From NCBI GenBank assembly GCA_964016885.1, contig OZ024741.1, positions 288,362,001-288,426,000 on the forward strand: a stretch of 64,000 nt of DNA, written 5' to 3'. A model generated the notes under the pieces. The model searched no databases and was not told where the DNA came from. It worked only from the letters and a program-made list of their open reading frames with translations. The position numbers and the translations under genes were made by a program. Below are positions 38,865 through 54,930 of the stretch, one piece after another. The stretch's first letter is position 1; the number at the start of each line of letters is the position of its first letter. Origin of the DNA: Eledone cirrhosa. Its lineage: Eukaryota.

Positions 38865-39020
38865 TAGGCGGCGAATTGACTGAGTCGATAGAACGTCGGA
38901 TAGAATTCTTTGCGGTATTCGTTTCGGCTCTCTGCACTTCCAGTTCAAATCTCGCCGTGGTCAACTTAGCTTTTCATCCCTTTAAGGTCGATAAAAAAAG
39001 TACCAATCTAATACTGGGGT
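38865..39020 (+). mobile_element. SINE family A, diverged
   Basis: AGTTCAAATCTCGCC and GCTTTTCATCCCTTTAAGGTCGATAAA. Confidence 0.7.
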
Positions 39021-39906
39021 AGATTCTTCCTATGTGTCTCTTTCTCACTTCCATTTTCTCCTTCTCTATCCGTCTCTGAAAGAAACCTGAGAATTCAGAT
39101 CTGATGAGGATATGTGCTCCGCCAGGTTTTAAAATACTCTAGAAACGCTGTAGCACCCCTAGGACTCGATCAGAATTTATGGGATCACATTTTAAATATG
39201 ACGCTAGTGCCCAGTGCCAGATATCTCCCACTTCACATTCAGAGTGACCGAACAGATGCAGCAATAGCTGTGTGTGACAGCTCACACCTATGCAGGTTTA
39301 GCTGGCCTCCTCTAAGGTATATGTCGTTGGAGGTGTCTTGGGTAATTTTAATGGAGCAACGTAAAATAAAGTGTCTTGCTTAGGCAGGTTTAGCTGGCCT
39401 CCTCCAATAGCTAGGGGTTAAACAAAAAGACAACTCTTTAATATGTTTGTCCCCAAAAGCCAAAGAGAGTTACATAGGGTGGATGTAAATTTTTCAAGAA
39501 GCATCACAACATTCTGTTGCTTCAGATACAAAATAAGTCTACAGCGCGACAAGAAAAGGAAACTGCCTCGTTCTTGAATGGCAAACCCAGGAAAGACGGA
39601 TATAGAAAATGTAGCCACAAATGGTGCCACAGCATGGTTTGACTCTTCAGGTAGAAGAAGTAAAAGAGTAAATATATCTGTAGATGAAACGACCAGCCTG
39701 AAACTTCTAACTCTTTGTCAATTGTTTACACTCCAGTCACTATTAATGACATTTCATTCAGTTGATATATGAATGTTTTAAATCTAATGGTATTTTTAAA
39801 CACACACACACACACACACATGTATATATATATATATATATACATAGAGAGAGAGATACAATCCCGACCGACCGCAGTGTCGAGCATATATATATATATA
39901 TGTATA

Positions 39907-39980
<74 letters not shown>

Positions 39981-40060
39981 TATATATATATATTTATATA
40001 TATATGTATGTATACATATATATATGTATACATATATACATATGTATGCGTATATATGTA

Positions 40061-40100
<40 letters not shown>

Positions 40101-40243
40101 GGAGGTGAGTTTTATTGTAGTACAATAAAGCAATGCAGATATCGGATAAGAAGCACTCTATATATATATATATAGTACAAGGATCGGAATTAAGAGTATT
40201 CCGCAGTTCACAGTAATAATAATAATATTAGCTCAAAGAAGAA

Positions 40244-40330
<87 letters not shown>

Positions 40331-40638
40331 ATATATATAAACATACATACATATCACTTCCTAACTAGTATCTGCAATCGTTAAACCAATCGCAATTCCA
40401 CTCCCTAGCACCAACGCAAATAACCCAGTTGCCTCATCTATGCCATCTATATAAACTCCTCCCCCTTCCACCCTTCCATCCTGCCTTCTCTTCGTCTTCC
40501 TTCTCATCACATATACCACCTCACCACCACACACACCTCTGCCACTGTAATCTCACCGTTTCCCTAGCCATCAAAAATTACATATCTGTCTGCCGGTCTG
40601 TTTGTATGCACGTATATCTGTGTGTGTGTGTGTATATA

Positions 40639-40802
<164 letters not shown>

Positions 40803-40862
40803 CATACATACATGTATGTATGTATGTATGTATGTATGTATGTATGTATGTATGTATGTATG

Positions 40863-40916
<54 letters not shown>

Positions 40917-40922
40917 CATATA

Positions 40923-40955
<33 letters not shown>

Positions 40956-40980
40956 ATATGTATGTATATATATATATATG

Positions 40981-41065
<85 letters not shown>

Positions 41066-41096
41066 ATATATATATATGTATGTATATATATATATG

Positions 41097-41175
<79 letters not shown>

Positions 41176-41251
41176 CATACATATATACATACATACATAC
41201 ATACATATATATATATGTATATATATATATATGTATGTATATATATATATG

Positions 41252-41292
<41 letters not shown>

Positions 41293-41549
41293 ATATATAT
41301 ATATGTATATATAAATATATATATATACTCTTTGTAAGGTAGCGGGAGATGTTTAACAAGACGACATCTGAGGAACCTGCTTATTTAGGGAATCCGTTGT
41401 AGAACATCTGTAAGTACTCTGGCTGACCTTATAACAAGCAACGGGAGGGCGAAGGTCTCGTGTTGGCACTGGAGTGAGAGCTGCAGAGAGAGGGAGAGAG
41501 AGGGAGAGAGAGGAGGAGAGGGAGAAGGAGAGAGAGAGAGAGATTGAGT

Positions 41550-42265
41550 AAATAATTGTTTCTACTTTAGGCACAAGGACAGCAATTTGAAGCGGCGGGG
41601 AAAGTCGATTAAATCGACCCCAGCGCATTACTGGTGCTTTATTTTATCGACACCGTAAGGCTGAAAGGCAAAGCTAATCTCGGTGGGATTTGAACTCAGA
41701 ACTTAAAGGGCTGTAACTCTATGCCACCAAGCATGTTGTTCGACGCTCTACCGGTTCTGCCAATCTAAGAGTAAATAATTGTTTCTTCTCTTGGCACAAG
41801 GCCAGCAATTACCCCAGTGCATCACTGGTACTTTATTTTATCGACCGCGTAAGGATGAAAGGCAAAGTTAACCTCGGCGGGATTTGAACTCAGACCGTAA
41901 AGGGCCGTAAACTCTATGCTGTAAAACATGGCGTCCGACCTTCTACAGATACTGCCACATAAGCAAAAAACAAACAAAAACAAAACAAAAAGCAAACGAA
42001 GTGGAACAATTTAACCTTGAACAATGATTTGTTTGTTTTTGACTTTTTTATCAGAGTGTGCAGAGGGTGGAGGATCAGGGGATGCAGTGGGAGGATGCCT
42101 TTTAATATTTACATATTTACTGCACTCGTTCTTCGATAACTCTGTAATGAATGTATGGATGTGTAACTCCCGATTGGGTCGTAGGAGCAACGTAGTGACA
42201 TACCTTAAACCTGGCCAAGCCCACCCCTTCACCATCTAGGTCTGAAAACAACTGACTTCTTCGAG

Positions 42266-42313
<48 letters not shown>

Positions 42314-43560
42314 GAAAATCGAACTCAGTACTGAACTGGTACGTTTTTTTATCGACCTTGAATTAAAGTTTTCTAATTTAGACACAAGGCGAACAATTTT
42401 TTGGGGGAGAGGAAAGTCGATTAATCGACCCTAGTATGTTACTGGTATTTTATTTTATCGACCCCGTCAGGATGAAACGCAGAGCTAACATCAGTGGGAT
42501 TTGAAATCAGAAAGTAAATGGCCGTAACTCTATGCCATTAAATATGATGCCCGACGCTCTATCGATACTGCTAATCCCCCACCCTATCGACCCCGAAAGG
42601 CAAATTTGACCTCGGCAGGACTTGATCTCAGAGAGCTGCATAGAGCCAGAACGAATACCTGAAAGCATTCTATACGACGTTTTAACGACTCTGTCAATTC
42701 GTCGCTTAATCCTTTAATATACTCACATTTGGCAGTATCGGTAGAGCGTCAGACACCATGCTTTGCAGCATAGAGTTATGGCCCTTGATGTTCTGAGATC
42801 AAATCCCGCCGTGGTTAACTTTGCCTTTCATCATTACGGGGGTCGATAAAATAAAGTACCAATAATATACTGGAATAATTGCTGGCCTTGTGCCAAAAGT
42901 AGAAACAATTGTTTTTAGAACTAATCTCTGCTCCACATTTTTCTCTCTTCTCATTCCCATTTTATCACACTCTCTCTCTCTTTCCTCCACATTCTCTTTC
43001 CCCCTTTCCCTCTCTATTTCTCTATATGTTTCTCTCCCCCCCCCCCCCTCTCTCCTTAGTCTTAGTTTTACATTTCAAATGCTTTTACTACTCGTTTGGT
43101 TTTTCTCCCCCCTTCTCTCCCTCATCACAATGATAATATATGAAGTGGCCTGCAGAATCATTAGAGCGTCGGACAAAATGTTTTTCGGCATTTAGCTACG
43201 GCTTTTAACGTTTTGAGTTCAAATCTCGCTGGGGGTCAGATATGCCATTCTTCTTTTCGGTGTGGATAAAATAAAGTACCAGTCAAGTACGGGGTCGATA
43301 TGATCGACTTTCCCCTCTAACAAATTACTGGACTTGGGCCTTGTTTTAAAGCGCAGATTCGTTAGACCATCGGACAAAATGATTGGCGGCATATAGTGAC
43401 GGCTTTTTACTTTCTGAGTTCATATCCCGCTGAGGTTAGCTTTGCCTTTCATGCTTACGGTGTCGATAACATAAAAGTACCAGTAACGCACTGGGGCTGA
43501 TTTAATCGGCTTACCCCTCCACCCCAAATTGTTGGCTTTGTGCTTAAATCAGAAACCATT
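41550..43560. mobile_element. Cluster of about 7-8 SINE family A copies in both orientations
   Basis: Repeated GGATGAAAGGCAAAGTTAACCTCGGCGGGATTTGAACTCAG and its reverse complement. Confidence 0.85.
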
Positions 43561-44219
43561 ATTATCATTGTGTTTTAAGGTAAACGGATGTGATTTCAGA
43601 CTACTCCGAGAAAATTGATTATCAGATTTTGCTGGGTGAATAATATATTTTTGCCAGTTATTTAGATAACACAGGACTTCGGGAAGTACGAATGTTAGGC
43701 TAAATACTTCGGTTCAAACAAAGAACTATTGTTTACACAGTATTTGTTTTTTTTCTGAAAAGATTTTTTTGATTTACATATAGTTAATTATGACTTCTTC
43801 TAATGGAGGAACGGGAAGAGGTGTTAACAACAAAGAGAGTAGCATTGGTTATGTTGCCAAAAAGGAAATAAAATTTGAATACAGAATAAGTCTAACGGTC
43901 AAACGTCAAGCTCCAAATTCCGGTAATAATGCCAAACACAAATGTTGGCGAAGAAGGAAATTCATAAAATTTCATAAAGTACATTTGCTTACAATAAATT
44001 AGGTTGTAGAAATAGGCCAACAACATTCAACAATCCGACGATGAGAGTGTGAAAGTCTAGAAACGTTGATTAGATTATGGATTAAGGAACATAGTTGTAC
44101 CAAAGGAGTTGCAAAGGACCTAGAAGAAAACATGAGAAAAATTTGATAAAAGAAAACCTTTATATATGTATATAAACATGCACGTAAATAAACTCACCCT
44201 GTCCCTGTATATATATATG

Positions 44220-44349
<130 letters not shown>

Positions 44350-44977
44350 GTATAATAATAAGGGCGCTGCGGAGTTGCAAATGGGTTACATATGAAAAAA
44401 GTTTGTCCTTCATCAGTAATCTTCCAACCATCATAGGCATTTCATCGCTTTAAAGACCATATACCTCCGGTTGGTGCGAGCAACGGCTAAAAAAAGTCGT
44501 TGGGACACGTAAATAAAGGGGACGCGAGTGTAAACAAACAAAATGGTGAAGCAACAGAAAGTGAGGAAGAAGTCCCAAATTTCTATGAATTTAAATTCGG
44601 TGAAATCGTGAACGAGAGAATAAAGACCATCAAACCTGGTTGAAATGTGAGCAAGGAAGGAATTTCGCACAGGTCTAACGGGAGGAAGAAGGGGTCTGGT
44701 CTGCGAATTCGGTAAACATAAGTTCTGTGAAATCGTAGACGAGAGAGAGAAAAAATTCCGACCAGCTTGGCCGAGAGTGCGAGAGAAAAGAATTACGCAC
44801 AGGTCAAACGGGAAGAAAGAGGAGGAGGAAAGGTAGTGACAGAGAATGAGTGAGTGAAAGGTGAGGAAGAGGCTAACAGAGAGAGAGAGACTGCTAGAAA
44901 GGGTAAAGATACATAGAACGAAAAAAAACGGTGTAGCAGCAGAGGAAAAAATATGTGTAAATATGATAATAAGGGCG

Positions 44978-45013
<36 letters not shown>

Positions 45014-45409
45014 ATGTATGTATGTAAAAGGTAAACAGAAATAACAACACAATGAGTACAGTATATGGAAGGTATATATTAGATTAACGCTTGATATAGC
45101 AGGAAGAGGGTTTCGGACGCTAGTCCTTCATCAGAAGAAAGAATGAGAAATAAAATAGATTGAGGGGACGGGTGGGATGGAATTGGAAACAATGTCTTTA
45201 GATAAAAATAACAGGTCCATTCATGTTGACGAGACTGCACCAATGTATATAAATATATACACATATCTAATATGCAGACATGTAAACATGCCAAAAAAGA
45301 AGAATTTCCCTATAAATTGCAAAAAATTATAAACAGCTTTAATCAATTTCCGGATCTAATTGGACCCTCATCAGGAGACGTGTACATCATCCAATCAGCC
45401 TCAAGGAAA

Positions 45410-45925
45410 CATGTGGCCGAGTTGTGAGAGAATTGGATTCGCAATCGTGAGGTTGTGAGTTCGATTTCTGGACCGGGCGATGCATTATGTCCTTGAAAAA
45501 GATACTTTATTTCACGTTGTTCCTTCTACCTGTAGTTGCGACCGGTAGATATTATTAGTAATTTGAAAGACCAATGGAAACATTGTTTCCTCGGTCCGAT
45601 TTGACGAAAGTCGATATAGTCCTTCGCTCGTAGTATTATTTTGAAATGGATATACTAATTTGGATATAATTAGCGTTCGTGTTGATAATTAATTAGGTGT
45701 GTGTATATATATATGTATGTATATATCGACAAGATCACATTCACTTAACGATTGGGTTGGATCTCGTCATATTGGACCGAGGAAACAATGTTTCCATTGG
45801 TCTTTCTAATTGCTAATACTATTTTCCTGTCGCAAATTCTGGCAGCAACGTGAAAAAAGTGTTTTGCACAAGGATATAACGCATCGCCCGGGATTCTAAC
45901 TCACAACCTCTCGATAGCCACGCGC
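45410..45925. mobile_element. Two SINE family B copies in inverted orientation
   Basis: 45410-45617 (+) and 45770-45925 (-) share GAAAGACCAATGGAAACATTGTTTCCTCGGTCC. Confidence 0.75.
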
Positions 45926-46138
45926 CTTCATTCATATATATATATATAGAGAGAGAGAGAGAGGGGGAGATCAGATTGAGGGTGGTAAAAAGCTGTTAGA
46001 CCATTACTCACCAGAATACTCGATACTTGGGAGAGTAGAGTGGGTAATATGAAAAGAATTCAGGACCCCGACGGCTGAGATCTGGCCGTTTCAACAGCTA
46101 GATCCTAACTCAAATTTTTTCATATATATATGTGTGTG

Positions 46139-46182
<44 letters not shown>

Positions 46183-46234
46183 AATGTGTGTGCATAAATG
46201 TATATATACATACATATGCATACACACACACACA

Positions 46235-46293
<59 letters not shown>

Positions 46294-46417
46294 GGTTGAA
46301 AAAAATAACATAAACACCAATGCAAAAAGTCTTATTAAGATCACTCTTTGGAAGAGGAGTGTTAGGCGCTTCGTCAGGAAATAAAGAGAGGGAAAAGGCA
46401 GGCACATCAGACTTTCG

Positions 46418-46539
<122 letters not shown>

Positions 46540-46849
46540 CATACACACATATATACATACATGTACAACCATTGACTTTAGCATATCTTTTTGTATATAT
46601 TTATATTACGGAGAATGAAAAATAACTACATAAATTATGGTTGCTGCAGCAGGAACTTTTGTGACGTATGACTTATGACATGCATTGTATGCAATAACAA
46701 TAAGCAGTGTCTCTTGAACACGTATTGAAGATGTATTGCGTAATTGTGTGGAATATCTTATATATATCTGTTAGGAAATCTTCTAAACAGACTAGCAACA
46801 ATAACACCGTAGCAAGTATAAAACACAGAGACACAGACACACACACACA

Positions 46850-46918
<69 letters not shown>

Positions 46919-47125
46919 TGAGAGAGAGAGACATACATATATGTATATACATATACATACATATATATATAAACATATATAAATACATATATATATATAC
47001 ATACATACATCTATATATATATGTATACATACATATATATATGTATATAAATATACATACACACACAGACAGACATATATATATATGTGTATATGCATAT
47101 ATATATATATGTATATATATATATG

Positions 47126-47159
<34 letters not shown>

Positions 47160-47281
47160 ACATATTTATATATATATATATAAGTATATGTATGTTATAT
47201 ATTATATATGTATATATATATATATAACATACATCTACTTATATATATATATATAAATATGTTATGTTACTCTCTCTCTCC

Positions 47282-47312
<31 letters not shown>

Positions 47313-47356
47313 TATATTTATACACCCACACACACACGCATATAAATATATATATT

Positions 47357-47453
<97 letters not shown>

Positions 47454-47606
47454 GTATGTATATATATTTCAAGTGAAACCAATGTTTACTGCAAGTAAGG
47501 TTCTGTCTTCTTAAAGCATCTGACAATTCTCTGACATATCAATACTATCTTTCTGCTTGATAAAATGGTATAAAACATGGAGGGAAGGGAACCCTATATA
47601 TATACC

Positions 47607-47695
<89 letters not shown>

Positions 47696-47759
47696 ATATA
47701 CACACACGCACACACACACACGCACACACACACACACACACACATACACACACACACAC

Positions 47760-47842
<83 letters not shown>

Positions 47843-48254
47843 TATATATGTATACACATATACAGACAAGACACTTAGACACATACAGATGTACAAATAC
47901 ACAGATATATATATGTGGATAGATGTTTTGCTGATGCATCGAGAATACAATCTTATTGCATTAACATTTGCACAGAAATAACCGTGTCAGTAACAATCTA
48001 TCTATCTATCTATCTTTCTATCTATCTATCTATCTTTCTATCTATCTATCTATCTATCTAGAAATATATCTATCTATCTATCTATATGTATATATCTACC
48101 TATCTACCTACCCATCTCTCTCTTACTCTCTGTCTGTCTCTCTCTCCATTTCTCTCTCTATCTATATATATATATTTGTATACATTATGAAGAGAGAAGA
48201 AACATTTAGATATAATTAGTAATAAAATGTATCATACCTAAACTGCTCCTAGAT

Positions 48255-48344
48255 TCCTCGACTACGTAGTTTCGTGGCATAAACAAAAACAATACATCAT
48301 AAAGATATAGAGTCCTTGTGAGGTCTGCCGACTTATCAAGAGGA
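48255..48344 (-). ncRNA. Hammerhead ribozyme, U3-A8 core variant
   Basis: TCCTC TTGATAA gt c GGCA...TGCC ac GAAA CTACGTAG TC GAGGA. Confidence 0.75.
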
Positions 48345-48502
48345 TACCTCATTTTACTAGCTTCAAGAACGCGTCTACACGACGTGAGAAAGAATCCCAA
48401 AAGGCGAGAAACAGAGCTAAGCCTCTTATAACCCCGAAGAAAATACCACGGAGGCGGAGGGGGTATTTATATCGAAGCCGTATGTATATATATATGTATA
48501 TA

Positions 48503-48604
<102 letters not shown>

Positions 48605-48610
48605 ATATAT

Positions 48611-48673
<63 letters not shown>

Positions 48674-48705
48674 GTATACATATATACATGTATATATATA
48701 TATAT

Positions 48706-48788
<83 letters not shown>

Positions 48789-48789
48789 A

Positions 48790-48928
<139 letters not shown>

Positions 48929-48982
48929 CATGTATATATATATATACATGTATATATATATACATGTATATATATATATATA

Positions 48983-49175
48983 TGAGAAAATGTTTAACCC
49001 CGCCGGCAGAACTCAAGCCATTTTGACGGCTGTTTCTGGTCCAGAAATAGCCGTCGAAACGGCTTGAACTCTGCCTTCGGGGTCAAACATTTTCCTATTA
49101 CCCACTCTACTACCCTAAGTATTGAGTACTCTAGTGCGTTATGGTCCATCTGGCTCCTTACCACAATTCCTTTGT

Positions 49176-49178
<3 letters not shown>
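48983..49178 (+). mobile_element. Fold-back copy of the 7552 HHR family (3' half of the ribozyme plus tail)
   Basis: Imperfect palindrome centred on TCTGGTCCAGA (about 49040); tail is the reverse complement of 7696-7780; relatives at 37570-37628 and 45970-46105. Confidence 0.75.
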
Positions 49179-49240
<62 letters not shown>

Positions 49241-49246
<6 letters not shown>

Positions 49247-49915
49247 GGAATAGAATGAAACGAAATTTCATTTCTCACTCTTACTACGGCATTTACTTTA
49301 ATGTAAGTATGTATGTATACGTAGATACATATATGTATACAGACGTACAGTAGTATGTATATAAATACATACATGCACATATATATATGCACGTATGGGT
49401 TTACCGAACATTTATTATAATGCTCGGTTTGTTTGTAAACAAACAAACAGTCCGAATTACGCCGTACAGTGTTTAGGCATCCACGTCATCTTTTTGTTCA
49501 ACACTGACACAGGAACGATGTACTAGTTTCAAGCTTATTAGCTATCGTCAGCATCGTATACCTTCCTGCCAGATGGTTAAACGTCTGAAAGTATATACTT
49601 TTCTTATGCATATTAATAGCTGAGCAGCCTAATTTGCATATCGAGTGAGTTCAGTCGGCCGGGCGCACCGAAAACGATAAATGGAATAGAATGTTTCAGT
49701 GTTGAACAAAAAGGTGACGTGGTTGCCTAAACACTGTACGGTGTAATTCGGGCTGTTTGTTTGTTTACAAACAAACAAACCGAGCATTTTAATAAATGTT
49801 CGGTAAACCGATACGTGCATATATATATGTGTGCATGTATGAGTATATATATATATACATACTACTGTACGTCTGTATACATATATGTATGTACGTGTAC
49901 ATACATACATACTTA
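49241..49915. mobile_element. Retrozyme-like element: 436-bp unit plus about 210-bp inverted arm
   Basis: ATAAATGGAATAGAATG at 49241 and 49677; 49303-49507 is inverted at 49696-49913. Confidence 0.75.
49515..49557 (-). ncRNA. Minimal hammerhead ribozyme
   Basis: ACGATG CTGACGA t AGCT aata AGCT t GAAA CTAG TA CATCGT. Confidence 0.88.
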
Positions 49916-49950
49916 TATATATATATATATTTATAAAAATAACAGATTAA

Positions 49951-50001
49951 AGTTTAAGCAAAGAATCGCTGCTTTCACCCTTAACGAGATCTTCTGAAAC
50001 T
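49951..50001 (-). ncRNA. Hammerhead-like motif, U4A core, in a short fold-back insertion (49928-50030)
   Basis: AGTTT CAGAAGA t CTC gttaa GGG t GAAA GCAG cgattct TTGC TT AAACT. Confidence 0.6.
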
Positions 50002-50204
50002 AAACTTTAATCTGTTATTTTTATAAATATTTGCTCTACGGGTCTTATATGTCTGATATATATTTATCCTTATCGAGCCATCTTTGGATTTTAGTCTTCA
50101 ACCCGCCGAGGTTGACTTTGCCTTTCATCCTTACGGGGTCGATATAATAAAGTACCAGTAATGCACTGGGTAATTGATGGCCTTGTGCCTAAAGTAGAAA
50201 CAAT

Positions 50205-50291
<87 letters not shown>

Positions 50292-50478
50292 TATATACAT
50301 ATATAAATGAAACAGTTCTATTCGTGTAGAAGCCATTTCTATATTAAATATTTATACTCTACTATGTATCAAGTACCTTACTTACCGTGGTCACCCCCGA
50401 TTGGACCCGACACACACACACACACTGACGCTCCATAATAATTTGACCGCACACACACACACACACACAGACATACAA

Positions 50479-50517
<39 letters not shown>

Positions 50518-51625
50518 CACTTAGTACAACACAAATATGCATACATATTCCATAACAAAAGGTACACATGCATAAACACACACACGCTCTCCCTCATACA
50601 CATACAGACACCCCGTCAAAAAAGCCTCGGACTTATGTTCAGTAGCTGTTTTTGACCCTCGACCCCTCTCTCTCTCTCTCTCTCCCTCCCCCCTCTCTCT
50701 CTCTCTCTCTCTTCTCTCTCTCCTGGTTACTTATATACAGACATGTTCTTCTCGTATTCCTCTCTCTTTCAGTATTCTCTACGTTTTTTTTCCTTTTTTC
50801 CTTTCTGTTTGTTTTTTTTCTCTCCCCCGTCCCCCAATAACTTCCACCTTTATTGACGCACTGGAGTTTGACATATTGTCTTTAATACATTGAAATGTCC
50901 GTGATCTCCGGCAGACAACTGAAGAGGGGATTGTCCCGCGCTTGTGCTTTCCTTTTATTTTTAAATACACTTTATCAAGTAACCACATAGCTCCCTGTTT
51001 CTTCCTAATTTTTATTAATATCTCATATGGTTATAAAAACAAAAGTATCTACATCTATTCTCTACCATAGTACACATATATAGATATATTTACACAACAT
51101 CACTGAATGGTGAAGAAATTTGCTTGGCAACCATTAAGACCCGAGTTCGATCTCTCTGTACTGCATTTTAGGTGTCATTTATCATAGCATCCGGTCGTTG
51201 TATGGTTTCTGGTTGGAATTGGATAGACAGAATCAGTTTGGAAGCTTGGTGGATGGACTGCACATATAATACAAAGGGAGAGCTGTATGACACAATATGT
51301 CACGCTGAATCTCCCTGAGTTTTACGCTCAGAGTACATTATCTTCCAGTTGAGTGTTCACCAACTTACTGGCAGTTTTGTTTATCTGGAACATTCCTCGC
51401 TAAAACCAAGAGGGTTCCGTCCGTTTATATTCCATTCCAGTTACACAGGAAAAACCACACACACACACATGTACACACACACACGTACACACACACACGT
51501 ACACACACACACGCACACAGAAACTCACACACATACACACGCACACAAACACACACGCACGTACACACCCACTGGCATGCATCAATAAGCACACACACAC
51601 ACATACACAGACACACACACACAGA

Positions 51626-51721
<96 letters not shown>

Positions 51722-52285
51722 CGCACATACACACGTATTCGTCAAAGAATACACACATATACATACATTCACTTACATTCGGTGTTTAACTATTTCAGGA
51801 TACTTATTAGTCATGAAGCCAAACAACAACAACAACAACAACAATAACAACAACGATAATAATACATAAAAATTACCAAATGAAAAAAACAACAGCAACA
51901 CTAACTAAAAATAACTTCCTCAATATCACTATCACTACCACCGCCACGACCACCACCACAAACGCCATCACTACCACCACCACCACCACCACCACCACCA
52001 CCACCACCACCAACTACCACCCCTACTACGATAAACTCCCCCACCATCACCAGCACCACTACCACAACCATCAGCACCATTACCAACATCACCACCATCC
52101 CCATCATCACCATCACCACCACCACCACCATGACCACTAACACCATCATAACCACCACCACCACCACCACCAGCAACAACAACAACAACACTAAATACCA
52201 GGAAGCATGGTACCCCGGAAAAAAGAACGACTACAAGACCAACAACAACATCTGCAGCAATAACAATAACAAAAATAACTAAAGA

Positions 52286-52320
<35 letters not shown>

Positions 52321-52458
52321 TAACAACGACAACAACAACACAAAAACAACACCAATTCTATAACCAGTAAGCCAATCAACAATAATAAATGCAATACTGC
52401 CAATATAATCGTGGATTGAATAAATAATGAAATACGGAACACCATCGAAAGATATGGG

Positions 52459-52586
<128 letters not shown>

Positions 52587-52748
52587 CATATATATATATA
52601 TACATATATATACATAAACATACTTATATATAAGTGTGTATGTCTGTAAGGATATATTAATATTCATTTATATACGTATACACACACACACATATATATG
52701 TATATATCTATTTATGTAGCTATGTATTATATTTGTACATACACACAC

Positions 52749-52819
<71 letters not shown>

Positions 52820-53160
52820 TATAATACATAGCTACATAAATACATATATACATACATTTATACATACATAAATGCAGTCATACATATTTAGTTATGTACA
52901 TATAAAAACCCAAATATAAAATATGTTTAAAAAGAAAGCAGCAAAGTGAATGTTTTTCATTTTTCATCTCTTCTAAGCGGAGAGGTGATGCAAGGGAGAT
53001 AATATGATAGTTAATGTAAAAGAAACTGTATAGCTTCAATAATTCTCATAATTCGTACTATATCAGGAATGTATCGATTTAGGAATTTGATGGTATATAT
53101 ATATATATATATATATACACTCACACACACACACACACTATATGTATATATATATATTTG

Positions 53161-53194
<34 letters not shown>

Positions 53195-53438
53195 TATATA
53201 TTATTTATACATATATACACACACGCACATTCTCACTCATATATATGTCTGTGTGTGTGTGTATATATATATATAAATATAAATATATATACATATACAC
53301 ACACAAACATTCTCACTCATTTATATGTCTGTGTGGGTAAATATACGTTTGTTTTTATAAATATATAAAATATATATTGATGGATGAAATATACGTATAT
53401 ATACATTATATACGAATTCATATATACGTTACATATAC

Positions 53439-53537
<99 letters not shown>

Positions 53538-53553
53538 CGTATATATATATATG

Positions 53554-53599
<46 letters not shown>

Positions 53600-53820
53600 T
53601 TTGTATAAGCATATATGGCCATACATACACACAGACACGCACACACCCACACAGCACACACACATACACACACACGTATATGTAGATTTATATGTAGTCA
53701 TACACATGAAAAAAAAACTATATATATATATATTCTTTTTTATTTGTATGACTACATATAAATCTACATACACACACGCATATATATATATATATATATA
53801 TATATGTATAAATAGAGAGG

Positions 53821-53876
<56 letters not shown>

Positions 53877-54496
53877 GAGAGAGCGAGCGAGAGCGAGGGA
53901 GTGAGAGAGCAAGAGAGAGCGAGAGAAAGAAAGAAAGAAAAGAGGAAGAGAGAGAGAGAGAGAGAGCGCCCGAATGTGAGAGAGTAACACATTGATAGCC
54001 CATACGTCAGTCACTCAACCCTCTACCAATCTGCCTGCAATCGTCAAGACAGGCAGCCAGTCTGACAGACAGACGGATGGGTTAAGTATTAGATCTGATC
54101 GTCGTTGTTTGATTCATTTCATTAAAGATGTGACTGGAATAACTAACTAACTGGCGATTTGTCTTTTTATTGAGAATCCAATGAAGGATTCACTCCCTTC
54201 TACTTTTTAAAGCATTTAACGATTCTATCTTGATGAGCGATTGATATTTGAAGCGTGGTTGACATATGAAATGTCTTGTAGAGTGTTTAACACCGTTCAC
54301 ACGTTACATATACAGCTAGAATGTTTCAATATAAATATAGGTATGTATGTATGTATGTATGTATGTATGTATGTATGTATGTATGTATGTATGTATGTAT
54401 GTATATCTGTGTATGAATGTATCTATCTCTCTACATGTACTATATATATATGTATATATATATTAATATGTACTATATATATGTATATATATATTA

Positions 54497-54543
<47 letters not shown>

Positions 54544-54594
54544 CATATATATATACATATATATAATACATGTAGAGAGATATATGTTATTTTA

Positions 54595-54662
<68 letters not shown>

Positions 54663-54667
<5 letters not shown>

Positions 54668-54727
54668 TAACAGATTAAAGTTTAAGCAAAGAATCGCTGC
54701 TTTCACCCTTAACGGGATCTTCTGAAA
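54663..54727 (-). mobile_element. 65-bp Naiad-like terminal fragment made up almost entirely of the U4A hammerhead
   Basis: TTT CAGAAGA t CCC gttaa GGG t GAAA GCAG...TTGC TT AAACT between (TA)n tracts. Confidence 0.7.
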
Positions 54728-54870
54728 TATATATATAAAGATAGATAGATCGATACATTTATATATATATATAAAGATAGATAGATCTATACATTTATAC
54801 AATACACACACATACACACACACACTTATATACATACATACATACATACATACACACACTCGCACACACT

Positions 54871-54924
<54 letters not shown>

Positions 54925-54930
54925 GATACA

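Noticed and set aside
39092-39177. Hammerhead at CTGATGA 39101
   Set aside because: Stem II is poor and there is no UH next to the stem I partner; at best a decayed copy
39526-39650. Plus-strand exon MANPGKTDIENV...
   Set aside because: Weak donor, no recognisable homology and no partner exons
45335-45380. Minus-strand hammerhead (CTGATGA-stem II-GAAA)
   Set aside because: Core and stem II are present but I could not form stem I; not counted. The same applies to partial motifs near 2285, 15735, 36943, 44035 and 44410
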